Assembly (NCBI GenBank): GCA_964019335.1
Contig: OZ025706.1
Span: 434,001-498,000, forward strand
DNA length: 64,000 nucleotides
Source of the DNA: Diplonema japonicum
Taxonomy: Eukaryota; Protista; Euglenozoa: Diplonemea
Direction of reading: 5' to 3'
The notes under the pieces are model-generated. The model made no database searches and was not told the DNA's origin. It saw nothing but the letters and a program-made list of their open reading frames with translations. A program made the translations under genes and the position numbers. Positions within the stretch are counted from its first letter, which is position 1. Each line of letters starts with the position of its first letter. Below, piece after piece: positions 42,607-55,532 of this stretch.

Positions 42607-44794
42607 CTAGGAAGAGGTAATTGTCTTGAGGATCTCAAGGACAAAAATGCGCTGCTCCTGAGTTTGCGGGCTGCACTGATCCTCAGTGTCGTGTCTCTGG
42701 GAGTGCAGCGTCCCCGTCACATTGAGGGCCTTCATGTGCGGGAGGTCATACAAGGTAGCGAGTACACACGCCACCACCATCCCAGTCTCACCGTGTCCAC
42801 CTTTGCAGTGGATGTAGATAATTTCCCCAGCTTTCTGTTTGAGGATATTATTTCATTATATTACCCACACACCAGCATAGCGTTGATTCTGTTGATAAGT
42901 TCCATGAAGGTCTTGGTTTCCTTTGGCACCTGCCCATCGCTCAAGTGGTACGTGACGAGGTTTATTTTCCTGTTCCGATTATTGCTTTGTATGCACATAC
43001 CTCCCCGCCGCCTTCTCCAAGGCAGGCATGTAGCCGGCGTTCTTGTCTGCTCTCAAGTTGATGACTGTCGTGATGCCAGTGTTGGCTAACGCCTGCAGGT
43101 CCGAGAGCCTACGGTTGTCCGGTGATCCACCGCACAACAAACTGCGTGTAATGAATATTGCCTGTTGCATACCGTCCCCTGACAACCCAGTTGGTAGTCC
43201 TTGTCGGGCCCACAACGTCCTTCAACTCATTCTTGTCACGTGTGTTGAACGGCGGCGGCAGCTCAATGTCTTGCTGTGGAACTTCTTGGTCGACTTCCAT
43301 GGCCTCAGCAGGAGACTCGGCTTGCCGAGCCTGGCTTCCGTTGATGTTAGGTGAAACAGGGGCAGAAGTGAACTCATTTGGAAGGAGCTTGATAGTCACC
43401 TCCGTAGCTTCTGCGAGAGTAGCCAAGTCGGCCATGCAGGTGAGCTCTACGTTGTTCAAGTACAGCATGCGACCCTTGCGCACTCCAGCTTGGTCTGCGA
43501 CGGATCCTGGGAAGACACCCACGACCCACAGCTCCTCAACATCAATACCCCACGACTGCCCCGGCTCTCTCACCAAGTGATATGTGGCCAGGGCCCCAGG
43601 GGACTGAGAAGGCATCGAGGTATCGGACCTCTGGGCTACGTGCAACGTGACCTCAGTCCTCCCACCGCCCAAGAGGTGCAGCTCCTCCTCGGACTCGATC
43701 TTCACGTCGTCGATGCCGATGAGGACGCCTAGCGGCACACCCGCATCTGCCGCCGGCGAGTCTGCTGCTACGGACACAAATTCAAGACCATCTAAAGCGA
43801 AGCCCCACGGATGAGACGGGTTAGGCCTTGTGAGTGTCACTGTCGTGAAACCCATAGGGGACTGCTGCGGTGTGCTGGGCAGTCGAGGTATGTTCTGCTG
43901 GATTGGTGTCGTACGCGGCTGCTCTATGACTTCCTGCTGAACAGGCTGTATAATAGAATCAGATTGAGCAGCATTCTTTACAGGCGTGGTATCGAAAAGG
44001 TTTACTTGCGTTGCACCGCCTCCACAGCTACGCCCCAAACTCCTTGACATAACATCAGGTGTCGATGGAGCACTCACGCTTGAGCCCCCGAACAGATTGA
44101 TGCTGCTACTGCCACCACCATGTTTGCCCCTTGAGTGTGCAAACCTCGCAGTGCTGGTGTGATCGCCCGTGGATGCCTCAGAGGGCGCTGCAACCGAATT
44201 CAAAGAAGGTGCTGGTGCTGGTGCGGGTGCAGACGCTAGCCCAACTCCTGGCTTGTAATCAAGATCTCTCGCCACTTCTTTGACATAAGCCTTCAGATCT
44301 CTAGAAATAGGGCAATCCGCCCCATAGGTGTTGTCTCGCACCTCGTGCAGCTGAGCAACGATGTTGAGTGCCTTCATTCCAGAGTACCTGTACAACGAAG
44401 CAAGAAGAAGTGCAGCCACCACACCACACTGCTCGTGGCCGTTGTGATCGTGGATGTAGATGCTTTCGCCAGCATGGATCCTGTCAAGGAGGCTGTAGAC
44501 AAAATCCTTCTGTGCCTTCCTTGCTCCATAGTCCTCACAGTGGAAGGGAAATGAAACGTACTCACCACCAACACCTGCAGACTTGAGGTAGTTACTAGCT
44601 GATGTCATGTCCCTGAGATCGACGAACACCTCCATTCCAGCTTCTTTCAGTTGCTCGAGCCTATGCGCACCACCTGTAGGATCATCACCCATGAGCACCT
44701 TCCCAGGTAGGATATAGTTGCTGGTCTTAGTTGGGCCCTTCATCTTGGCATCAGCCGTCACAGGCTGCGACAGGATATGAGCTATGGCCGACAT
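42607..44794 (-). CDS. PTP/DSP-fold domain - 2xPDZ-like - PTP/DSP-fold domain protein, 4 exons (introns 43172-43142, 43000-42970, 42872-42835)
   Basis: Duplicated GPT.T.N...G / V.LR / GE.IYIH motifs. PDZ-like PWGFAL..SPAADAGV and SWGIDV..SVADQAGV. Three GT-AG introns restore the frame. Confidence 0.85.
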
Positions 44795-46078
44795 GGTTAA
44801 CTGTGATGAAGGGATGGAAAAAACAATTGCACTGAATCTGATCAATAATGAAAGAACACGAGTATATTAGAAGATGAACATGTTTACCACACCACATGGT
44901 GTGTTGTGACATATTTTACATCATATTTCGTATACCTGACGTTCCACACAATGTATGCAACACAGGGTGCACAACACGGCACGTGTTTTATAACATGTAC
45001 CACTATGCTGCACAGGGAAAAGCAGGCATCACAACGTGCACCTCCTGGTGCACAAAAAAAATAATCATTCTTTATGACTATATGTCTTTGTTGTTCGCAC
45101 AAGCAAAAAAGGTTTTTAAAATCTTTTGCTCGGCACAAGTTGCATATAGTTACTCACTCGTCTCTCACTACAGGAAGTGGCCTGGTCTTGCCCCCAGGGG
45201 CAGGAGTTCATAGACGGGTGGGCGATGTTGTGTTTGGTCGCAGGCACCACCACCACCAAGCAGCAAACACGCCTTCTCAGCATCCCATTAGTTGACCTCG
45301 CACATGAAGATACCGACACCAGACACGCTGCTGGCAAAGGGGTCCGGATTCGAGAAGGAGGCAAGGGCTCGAGAAGAGTGAAGCAAAGCATCGAAAAGCC
45401 CTGTTGCCGTTAAGCACAGACGCCACCAGTGCCAAACATTTCTGGGCTGGTCGGATACTCAGAGGAGGGTGAATCACACACGGGGGCGGACGTGAACGCA
45501 CTGATCGCGTTAGTTCGGGAGGAGTATGAAGGTCGAGGGGGGGGTTATTTTGGACACATGCACACCTGAAGTGCACACTAGCATGTGCGAGAATGCGAGT
45601 CGTTTTGCGAGAATTTCGGCTCAGATCTTTTTTGTGCGAGAATGCGACTCGCACCACCACTATGCCTAGGGCTTCGTTCTGCGTCGTGTTCCTAATGTGT
45701 GCGGTGTGCAACTCAACCCTAGCCGGGGCGTTCCGGGTAACCAAGATTTGGCGCTCGTGCAGTTTGCTGCCTGTTCATCACCCTGAGCATCTGCGATACG
45801 TTCTTCCACTCGGGCGCTACCGGTGATGACCGACGTGGAGGTCAACAGCGAACAACACATCTGTTGTACTTCTTATATTTCCATGTTATCCCCACCACCT
45901 AAATAATATATAAGAGTCAAAGGAGGTTGGTGTTGGCGGCGCCTGAGTTGTGGCTTGCTTCTTCTGCGTTCCGCTGTGTCCTTAATGTGTGTGATGTACA
46001 GCTCAACCCCAGCCGGGGCGACGCGCGTAGAAAAAAAAAAGAAAGGGAAAAAGGAAACAGAAAACCTTCTAATTCCCT

Positions 46079-46967
46079 TTATCTCTGAGGTGGGAACCCC
46101 GCCTTCATCTGGTTTGCCTCCAGCAGGAGGCAGCCTGCCTTGGAGCTGCTCCGGTTCTTCAGGATTTGAAGGACTTGTTTCCTCACCTTGCTGAGGCGGG
46201 GGATCTTGAAAACGTCCCCTATGCACAACTGCATTGTGTGTGTGACACATCTATAAGTCAAGACACCCGTGTATTTACAAAAAAGAGAAAGAAGGGGAAT
46301 ACCCTTTGACTGCAGGATACTTCTTGCCCCACAGAGGGCTGCGTCCATCTCCGGTGAGTCCTCAACCTCTGCAGCACCTTGGTCATCATCATCACTGCTG
46401 ACATCAGAAGCGTCCTCAGGGTGTGCCACAGGATGATCTACTTCCTCACCCAGCTCAAACTCACTATCAAGCTGGTGGGCTGCCTGCATCGGTGAGGCAT
46501 TGTCTGCACACACCGAAAAAATAATAATATGACTTTTTATCAGATTGGAGATGACTATGTCAATTTGATGTGCAATTTCTTCTGCAGTAGCTCTTACTTT
46601 TGTAAGATACACAGGGAGTATGGAAGTAACTCTTTTTGCCATCAGAGATACAAAAGCCCAACCATGACTTGTGACCCAGTGTTGCCCCATCTACCAGAAG
46701 GTAGACGGACTGCCCCTGCAGCTCACGGTACAGCTCATCCAGGGTTTCTGTGGCCAGTGCAATCATGTGCTTGCACACGCTACGCCTGTTGATCTTCATT
46801 GCATCTTCAGTGGGAAGCAGGCTTTTGAACAATGTGCGGTCTGCAAGGACAAAGGGCAAGTTGTGAGAACTCAAAAAGAGTGCAACACGGTCTATAAAGG
46901 GGAGTGGGTATAAACTTTTTACCTTATCATCCACCACCACGTTGGTACCTTGCCCAGTTTTGTTCAC
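46079..46967 (-). pseudogene. Frameshifted hAT-family transposase remnant
   Basis: NLPFVLAD, LLVDGAT, ADNASPMQAA and YRCVTHTMQLCIGD (CxxH motif), split over two frames. Confidence 0.8.
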
Positions 46968-47172
46968 AATTTCCTCTTGTTGCTTTGCCTGCTTCTCTGC
47001 TTCACCTTGCTTCTGTTTCTTTTTTTTTTTTTTTTAAATAGACCTCTTTTTTTTTTTGGCTGGCCAAGCCCTCTCCTTTCTTTTTCCCCCTCCCTGGCCT
47101 CGGGTAGGGGTAGGGGGGGCCTGGGTGGGTGAAAGTGAAGAGTGAAAAAAGGGTACACAAGTCTATCCTGGC

Positions 47173-47294
47173 CAGTGTTGGTCAGTCCCGTCCCGTCCCC
47201 TAAAACGGAATACGGGCCTGGACGGGACTCACGGGACTCCACGGGACGGGACTCGACGGGACTCACGGGACTCACGGGACTCTCCCCAACACTG
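47173..47294. mobile_element. Small hAT-like MITE
   Basis: CAGTGTTGG / CCAACACTG termini enclosing ACGGGACTC subterminal repeats. Related motifs at ~55290-55356. Confidence 0.55.
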
Positions 47295-47316
47295 TCATTA
47301 TTTTTGATAGTTTTGC

Positions 47317-47364
<48 letters not shown>

Positions 47365-47962
47365 ACATACATGATGTGTTTACCTTTTCTTTTTTTTTCC
47401 TTCTTTTTTTCTTGTCTTCTCACATTTTTTCGCACACCTAAACCAAGCTGTTGTTTCTGCTTTCCGCATCAAATGTTGTATTTGGATAGGCTTCTTCTAC
47501 GTTCCGCATCGTTTCCTTAATCACTGTGGCCGGGATGTAGCTTCTTCTGCGTTCCACATTGTGCCCTTAATCACTGCAGCCAGGTTGTAACTTCTTGCAT
47601 TCCATGTCATTTCCTTAACCACCATGGCCGGGTTGTAGCTTCTTCTGCGTTCTGCGTCGTGTCCTTAATCACCGTGGCCGAGTTGTAGCTTTTTGTGTTC
47701 CGCATCATTTCCTTAATCACGATGGCCGGACGGCCGGGTTGTAGCTTCTTCTGCATTCTGTGTCGTGTCCTTAATGTGTGTGGTGTTCAGCTCAACCCCA
47801 GCCAGGGCACCCCAGGTAACCAAGATTCTGTGCTTGTGTGGTTTGCTCAGTGATGACAGATGAGGAGGTCAACAGTGAACAACACATCTGATGTTTTTCT
47901 TATATTTTCATGTTATCCCCACCACCTGAAAAAGAAGATAAAAAGTTTTTTTTTTTTTCTTT

Positions 47963-48005
<43 letters not shown>

Positions 48006-48191
48006 GCACCAGGAGGTGCATTGTGACACCTGCTTTTCCCTGTGCAGCATAGTGGTACATGTTATAAAACACGTGCTGTGTTGTGCACGTTGCATACATC
48101 ATGTGTGTCGAAAATTTGCGGTGTTGGGGTGGTTTGTGGGCCAGACCCCTCAGACCACCAGTCTGGCCAGCACTGCCCATCCCTTTTTTTA

Positions 48192-48236
<45 letters not shown>

Positions 48237-48298
48237 TTGTACTTTTCTTGCAAAGGCCTCTTTTTAATATTTTTTTAGCAGGTCTCCAAACCCCCTGA

Positions 48299-48342
<44 letters not shown>

Positions 48343-48365
48343 TTCACTCTTCGTCATTTTCTTCA

Positions 48366-48565
48366 NNNNNNNNNNNNNNNNNNNNNNNNNNNNNNNNNNN
48401 NNNNNNNNNNNNNNNNNNNNNNNNNNNNNNNNNNNNNNNNNNNNNNNNNNNNNNNNNNNNNNNNNNNNNNNNNNNNNNNNNNNNNNNNNNNNNNNNNNNN
48501 NNNNNNNNNNNNNNNNNNNNNNNNNNNNNNNNNNNNNNNNNNNNNNNNNNNNNNNNNNNNNNNNN
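48366..48565. other. Assembly gap (N run)
   Basis: Run of n. Confidence 1.
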
Positions 48566-50972
48566 GGACTGAACCGGACCGGACAAGATACAACCACAAC
48601 ACCACATCCCCCCCTTTTTTTTGCTGCAGAGTTCAAACATATAAACAGATGTCTACAAGAAAAGATGTTACACAGGTACTGAGAGACGACAACAACAACA
48701 AAAACAACGAGAAACGAAGAAAAAAAAAAAAAGAAAAAAAAAACCTTTATCTTCTTTTTCAGGTGGTGGGGATAACATGAAAATATAAGAAAAACATCAG
48801 ATGTGTTGTTTGCTGTTGACCTCCTCATCGGTCATCACCGAGCAAACCACACGAGTGCAGAATCCTGGTTACCCAGGGCGCCCCGGCTAGGGTTGAGCTG
48901 ATCCCCGCACACATTAAGGACACGACACGGAGCACAGAAGAAGCTACAACTCGGCCGCAGTGATTAAGGACACGATGCAGAACGCAGAAGAAGCTACAAC
49001 CCGGCTGCGGTGCACCCCCTGTAATCAAGTAGACAGTTCTTGTGCAGGGCACTGCCAACACCGGCCTCCTTTAACTCTTGTATATTATTCCAAAGGTGGT
49101 GGGGATAGCATGAAAAAACATCAGATGTGTTGTTCACTGTTGACCTCCTCATCGGTCATCACCGGTAGCTCCCGAGTGGAAGAACATAATGCAGATGCTT
49201 AGGGTGACAAACAGGCAGCAAACTACACCACACACATTAAAGACATGACACGGAATGCAGAAGAAGCTACAACTCGGTTGCGGTGCGCCCCTGTAATCAA
49301 GCAGACAGTTCTTGTGCAGGGTGCCACCAACACCGGCCTCTTTTAACTCATATATATATCATTCAGGTGGTGGGGATAACATGGAAATATAAGAAGTACA
49401 TCAGATGTGTTGTTCGCTGTTGACCTCCATGTTGGTCATCACCAGTAGCGCCCAAGTGGAGAACATAATGCAGATGCTCAGGGTGATGAATTGGCAGCAA
49501 ACTGCATGAGCGCAGAATCTTGGTTACCCCGGGTTGCTATGGCTGGGGTTAAGCTGCACACTGCACACATTAAGAACACAACACAGAACACAGAAGAAGC
49601 TACAACTCAGCTGCAGTGCCCCCCTGTATCAAGTTAACAGTTCTTGTGCAGGCACCGCCAACACGACGAACAGGCATTTCCTCCATCCACTTGGCCGGTC
49701 ATCACCTGTAGCACCCTGAGTGGAAGAACAAATTGCAGATGCTCAGGGTGAGTAAACTACGTAGGGCACCAGCTGGGGTTGAGCTGCACACCGCATGCAT
49801 TAAGGACACGACACGGAACGCAGAAGCGGCCAAGGTGCACCCCCTGTCACTGGTCTCCTTTACCTCTTTCATGTTATTTGGTGGTGGGGATCACAGAAAT
49901 ATGGAAATATAAGAAGTACATCAGATGTGTTGTTCGCTGTTGACCTCCATGTTGGTCATCACCGGTTGTGCCCGAGTGGAGGAACGTATTGCAGATGCTC
50001 AGGGTGATGAACTGGCAGCAAACTACACAGGCCCAGAATCTTAGTTACCAGGGCCATGGCTGGTGTTGAGCTGCACACTGCACACATTAAGGACACAACA
50101 CGGAATATTGTGCTGTCAGTGTTGTGGTGATATAGTCACCACTTTCAACCTTGATGATGCAAAGAGGAAAAAAAAGGGGGGGGGGGAAACTAGTTTGACA
50201 CTCCATTTGTTTGTGCACACGAGCGGAATTTTACCTAATAAAATAGCTCATTACGCTGCCATCAACTAGTTTTTAGTCTCGACAATAATATTGTTAAAAC
50301 AAAAAAAAAAAAGTAAGGAATTCCCTGTTCTGCCAAGTTCCGGTTCTGCCATTCTGCCAAGTTCCGACTTTCAGTTTGGCGGAAGGGAATGGAACGACCC
50401 AATCCTGCACAAGCAGAATCTTGGTTACCCAGGACGCCCCGGCTGGGGTTGAGCTGAACACCACACACATTAAGGACACGACACGGAATGCAGAAGAAGC
50501 TACAACTCGGCTGTGGTGTACCCCCTGTAATCAAGTAGTCTTGTGCAGGTCCTTTAACTCATATATCTCTCACCGCGGCCGGGTTGTAGCTTCTTCTGTG
50601 TTCCGCATCGATCACCACAGCCGGGTTGTATTACATCCAAATACAACATTTCCGGACATTTGTACATACCTGTAGCTGCAGTGCACCAGAGTAGATAGGT
50701 GCAAATGGCTTGATGGAGCTGTGCATGTCTGTGGTATGAAGAAGAAGAAAAAGAAAAAAAAGGCAAAAAAAAAAAAAAAAAAAAAAAAAATCATTGTCCA
50801 AAAATATTTGAAAAAAAAGTGTTTGCAGGTGTGTCAAAAATTGCAGAAAATTTTTGAGTCTGGTCAGTCTGGTCAGTCTGGCCGATCTGGTCAGTCTGGT
50901 AAAATGGGTACACCAGACCAGACCGGATTCACCCATCACTGCCAGGAGGTGCATTGTGACACCTGCTTTTCA

Positions 50973-52998
50973 GCCTTAATAGAGGCTAATAGTGAAAGTG
51001 AGATGGTCATGGGTCAAAATAAAAAGTACCCAAAGAAAAAAATTATTCACAAAAAAAAGTGGTCAAACACCTGAAAAGTGATATTTTATTGATGATTTAT
51101 TCATGGTATGGGAAGGAGGAGGTCAAGAAGGCACTGGAAAAAGAAGTCTATTGGAGATTACCTGGGCACATAAAAGAAGAACATGAAGAGGAAGGAGAAA
51201 GAAGGAAAGGAAGGGGAGGTGGCACAGCAAGGGACACCAAGAAGTGTTCTGTACTTTATTGGTTTAGTAAAAGAACCAAAAGAGAAAGAAGGAAAAGTAG
51301 CACACAATGCAGCAGCATGCATCATAACAGGCTGCCTTCCTACAACACCTATCCAAGACCTCCTGAAAATCACAAGGCTATGGCCAGTATGGGAGATGAT
51401 AAAATACAAGACATCATCCATGTATGAGAAGCTTGTAAGGATGGAGGGGACAAGTGGGCACACAGCAATGGGGGCAGGAACAGCAAGAGGAACCTGGGTC
51501 TTTGAGGCAAGGAGCAGGGCAATCAATGAGAACAAATTGAAGAAGTATGAAAGAGCACCTCTTCACAACTCGTCACCCTTTCCCCCAACAGAAGGGCAAG
51601 GCATCCAGTGAGCCTTGGAGCAGTGAAAAACAAGCTCTGGAAATGTGCAAAAGACAGGATTGATGCAGAGCTGGACAAGCAGACAGCCTACCAGAAGCTG
51701 ACAAAGGGCAAGGAACCCCCAAAGACAAACAGCTTGGACAGGAAAGCTGAAGTCTGCATCAATCAACTGAAGACAGGACACCACCCGCTGCTGAAGGACT
51801 ACTGTGAGGGTCCAAAGCAAAAGCCATGTCAGCTGTGTGGCATGAAGCACTGCACCCTGAACCACTTGGTGATGAGCTGCAAGGGTACTGCAGCAGGGAG
51901 GGCAGAACTGGGAGCCAAAGGCCTTGCAGAGGCACTCCTCAAAAAACCACAGCAGACCACAGACCTCTTCTGTTCAATCAAAGAGATGATCACACAGGAC
52001 CAGCAGTAGAAGTAAATAGAATAGTAAAGAAAAAAAAAAGAGAAAAAAAAAACCAGAATGGAGAACAAAAAGAAAGGAAATAGTGTGAGAATTGAAATAA
52101 TTAATGGGATGAACAGGACAAATGAGAAAAGAAAAAGAAAAGGGAAAAGAAAAATAGAGAACAAGTGTAGGAATATAAATACAGATAAGAAGAGCACCAT
52201 GAAGAAGAAAGAGGAAGAAAAAAAAGTTTGTGAGCAGCAGCCTTATCTAATCCCGTTTACCCAAACAACCCAACTCATACCCCCAGAAAAAGAAGAAGAG
52301 GAAAAAAAGAGAACAAGTGTGAAATAAGAAGAGTGCCATGAAGAGAAAAAATAAAAAGAAAGGAACAAAGAAAAAAGAAAGAAAAAAAAATCATAACCCA
52401 AGGCAAAACTTGTAGATAAAGACCCTGCAAATGTGTAGCATGAGTTGCTCACCCCCCTACCCAAAAGTGAGTAAAGCGTCTGTTAAAGAAAAGCAAGCCA
52501 GGATAGACTTGTGTACCCTTTTTTTCGCTCCTCTTCACTTTCACCCACCCAGGCCCCACCCACCCCTACCCCTACCTGAGGCCAGGGAGGGAGAAAAAGA
52601 AAGGAGAGGGCTTGGCCAGCCAAAAAAAGATACTCAATTCAATCAATTCAAAATTGCAGCCCTTGAACAATAGACAGAAGAGCAGGACAAAAGAAGAAGT
52701 GAGGACAGCTGAAGCAATACAGAAGCCTGAGTCAGAAGAAAATTGATTCCTTAAAAAAATTTGATTAGGTAACCACAGCTGGGAGACTACTCCTATTTCT
52801 TCTATAGGGGTTTTTACCCTGGCCCTTGGCCAAAAAACCCATGGTTCTTGAGTAAATTATGGCCATAATTTGTTGCAAATAAATAGCTATTTTTGAAAAC
52901 AAATCAATTTTTGGGTGTTTTTGACCACTCTTTTTGACCACAAGCACTTTTTTTTGACCTCCAACCAACCCACTTTCACTATAGGCCTCTATTAAGGC
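50973..52998. mobile_element. Element bounded by ~100-bp imperfect inverted repeats, containing a nested LINE fragment
   Basis: GCCTTAATAGAGGC..TAGTGAAAGTG at 50973 versus CACTTTCACTA..GCCTCTATTAAGGC ending at 52998. Confidence 0.6.
51290..52040 (+). mobile_element. 5'-truncated non-LTR retrotransposon (ingi/I-group-like) 3' remnant
   Basis: Post-RT motif HNAAA(C)IITGCLPTTP..DLL; C-terminal QLKTGH..CQLCG..TLNHLVMSC zinc knuckle; A-rich tail. Confidence 0.8.
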
Positions 52999-53998
52999 CT
53001 AGAATAGGTACTTTGGAGAAAAAAAATTTTTTTTTTGAAAAAAAAATCAATTTTTGGGTGGTTTTGACCACTTTTTTTGGGAGGAAAAAAAATTTTTTGG
53101 ACACTAAAATTTTTTTATTTCACTCTTTGTCATTTTCTTCACTCACTAGGGGCCTCATTATTTAACGCGAAATCGCCATTATTTAACTAGTTAAATAATG
53201 AGATTTTGCAGTTAAATAATGGCCATTCAGAGTGAAAAAATGGGTCTTGTCATGAATGTACCCACCCTTGAAAAATTTTTTTGGGGTGGGGGTATTTTGA
53301 CTATTTTTGGCCATCAGAGTATCCAGCCCTTAAAAGTGGGAATAAGCACTTTACTTCCCCTTTAAATGCCATAGTGAAGGGGGCACTGACATAGCCATGC
53401 TGATGAAATTTTTTAGCTGGAACTCAGTTTCAGTAGCCCAGGGCTACATTGATAAAAGCAAAAAGCTGATTAGGACTGTGTTGCAGCAGCTGAACATTCC
53501 TTGCCTGCCCTCACAACAGCAGCCTGGAAATCCTGCCTTGGTTCCCAACACACAACAGCCTGGACTGCCACAGCCTGCCCCCAACAGTGTCCAACTGGGT
53601 CAAACTATCTATTTCTCAAATATTAGTGACTATGTCACAATCAATATCAACAATAACCAAATGTTTGTCCCCCCCCCAAAAAAAAAAGCTGACCCGTGTG
53701 AGGAAAGCAGCAGTGAAAGCAGTGAGAGTGAGTGGCTCAAGTGGCTCAAATGATGAAGAGTGAAATAAAACGACTTACTTGCCACCAAATGAGCCATAAT
53801 TTAACTCTTGTTACTGTTTTTTTGCACTCAGGCCCTGCAGGCCCTCATGCAAAAAATTCAGGACTCGAGTTAAATTATGACTCATTATTTGTTGGCAATA
53901 AATAGCCCTGAATAATCCCTTTATTTGGGCAGTGGAGGGGGGGTGTTTGGGCTCCAAAAAAAAAAGAATTATTTGGAATACACTTATTTGGGTTGTAC

Positions 53999-54921
53999 TT
54001 ATTTGGGCTGGGGGGCCTGCCACATGGATAACAGGGAGCGGGGCTTGGAGCACTTCTTGGTCTTGTGTTCTTGCCAGTTTTTCTCCCAGGCTGTGGAGAA
54101 CCCACAAACGTTGCAGACAATCTGCCTGGTTTTGGCATTAGGTGGTTGCTGGGAGGTTGCAGGGGTCTGAGAGGCCACTGGGGCTTGAGAAGCTTCTTGG
54201 GAGTCTGTTGGGGTTTGAGAAACTGCAAGGGCTTGGGAGGCTGGAGTCTCGGGTGTAGTGTCCATTGTCACACCTGCAACAACGTTCTGTGCTGCACTGT
54301 CTAAAGGGTCCGACTCCTTCAAAGTGCTTACTTCGCCAAGTGCTCTTAGCTGTATGGTCTCCACAGAACTACCTGGTAGGTAGCCAAGAGACCACATACA
54401 GGTAGAGGTGTCGAGCAGTTGCATGACCTTCTCATGTGCCTGCCCTACCCACAGTGCCATGTTGATATGGTGCTCTGCTGCAGTCATCGACCCACGTCCT
54501 GCCTCAGTTGCTTTGGCATGCCACAGCCCTCCTAACCCCTCGAAATGGAGTTTAAATAACGAAAAATAAAAAACGTCTAAAAGTTGTAGATCCGTGGTAA
54601 GCCCACCAGGGATCACAGCTGGTATAATCTTTGCAGCCTTCATGGCCGCCTTGCTTGCATCGCTGATGTGGCCTCTGGCTGAGTCCAAAATCAGCAGCAC
54701 CGTCGCATCTTCAGGCACTGCAGCATGCAAGTATGGGATGTAGACATTAATAAAAAGTCAGAACCCACAACTCCACTTTCGCATGCTGTGACCTGCACCC
54801 CTTTGCACTTGTCTATTTCTCCCTGGGACGGGAGCCTGTCCTTCTTCAGCAACACGATGGGCTCTGGTTGCTTGTCGGTGGTGTTGATGATGGTGATGAT
54901 CGCACGGGGTAAGAAGGCCAT
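53999..54921 (-). pseudogene. pogo/Tigger-like (DDE_1) transposase remnant
   Basis: VLLILDSARGH..VIPGGLTTDLQLLDV..FSLFK. The upstream part is in another frame. Confidence 0.85.
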
Positions 54922-55532
54922 TTTAAAGAGGTTTAAGATTGATAGTCTGATGAACAGTGCCTGGGCTTGGCATTACATTCTGAATAAAATAAACTGCCTT
55001 CCACTTCTTGGTCGGGCGTCAGCCACGTCTACAGCTCTACAACTCTACAGCCCCCCCCCCGTCCCCTCAAAAAAAAAAAAAAAAAAAAGGAGATCGGGAA
55101 TTATTTGGGAAATTTGGAGTGGAAAAATCCCCGAAAAAAAAAAGAATTATTTGGGAAAAAACACATTATTTGGGAGGGAATTATTTGGGCCCCCCCTTTA
55201 GTTATTTTTTCCAGCACTATGTGCACTACAAGAATCTGCACCACACGTGCTACAGAGTCCTTCTGGGGTGCTGTAACAACACTGCACAGGACTCCATGGG
55301 ACTCCACGGGACTTGACAGGACTCGACGGGACTCCACAGGACTCCGATGGGACTCGTTACCGTTTTTTTGCAGGTTTGCGGGTTTGCAAAAAATTCGGGA
55401 ACTCGAGTTAAATAATAACTCATAATTTGTTAGCAATAAATAGCTAATTATTATTATAAGGCTTACTGTTTACTTTCCTTGCCATTTATAACATCACAGG
55501 TGTGAAGTGTGGAACAGAGAGAAACTCATCAC

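Larger units (their letters stand above)
45665..50640. repeat. Dispersed/tandem ~300-bp repeat family with a ~45-bp subrepeat. Minus copies ~45665-46020 and 47480-47945; plus copies ~48745-50100 and 50415-50545; further copy 58910-59045
   Basis: Recurrent AATCTTGGTTACC..GGCTGGGGTTGAGCTG..CACATTAAGGACACGACACGGAACGCAGAAGAAGCTAC..CATCAGATGTGTTGTT. Confidence 0.9.
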
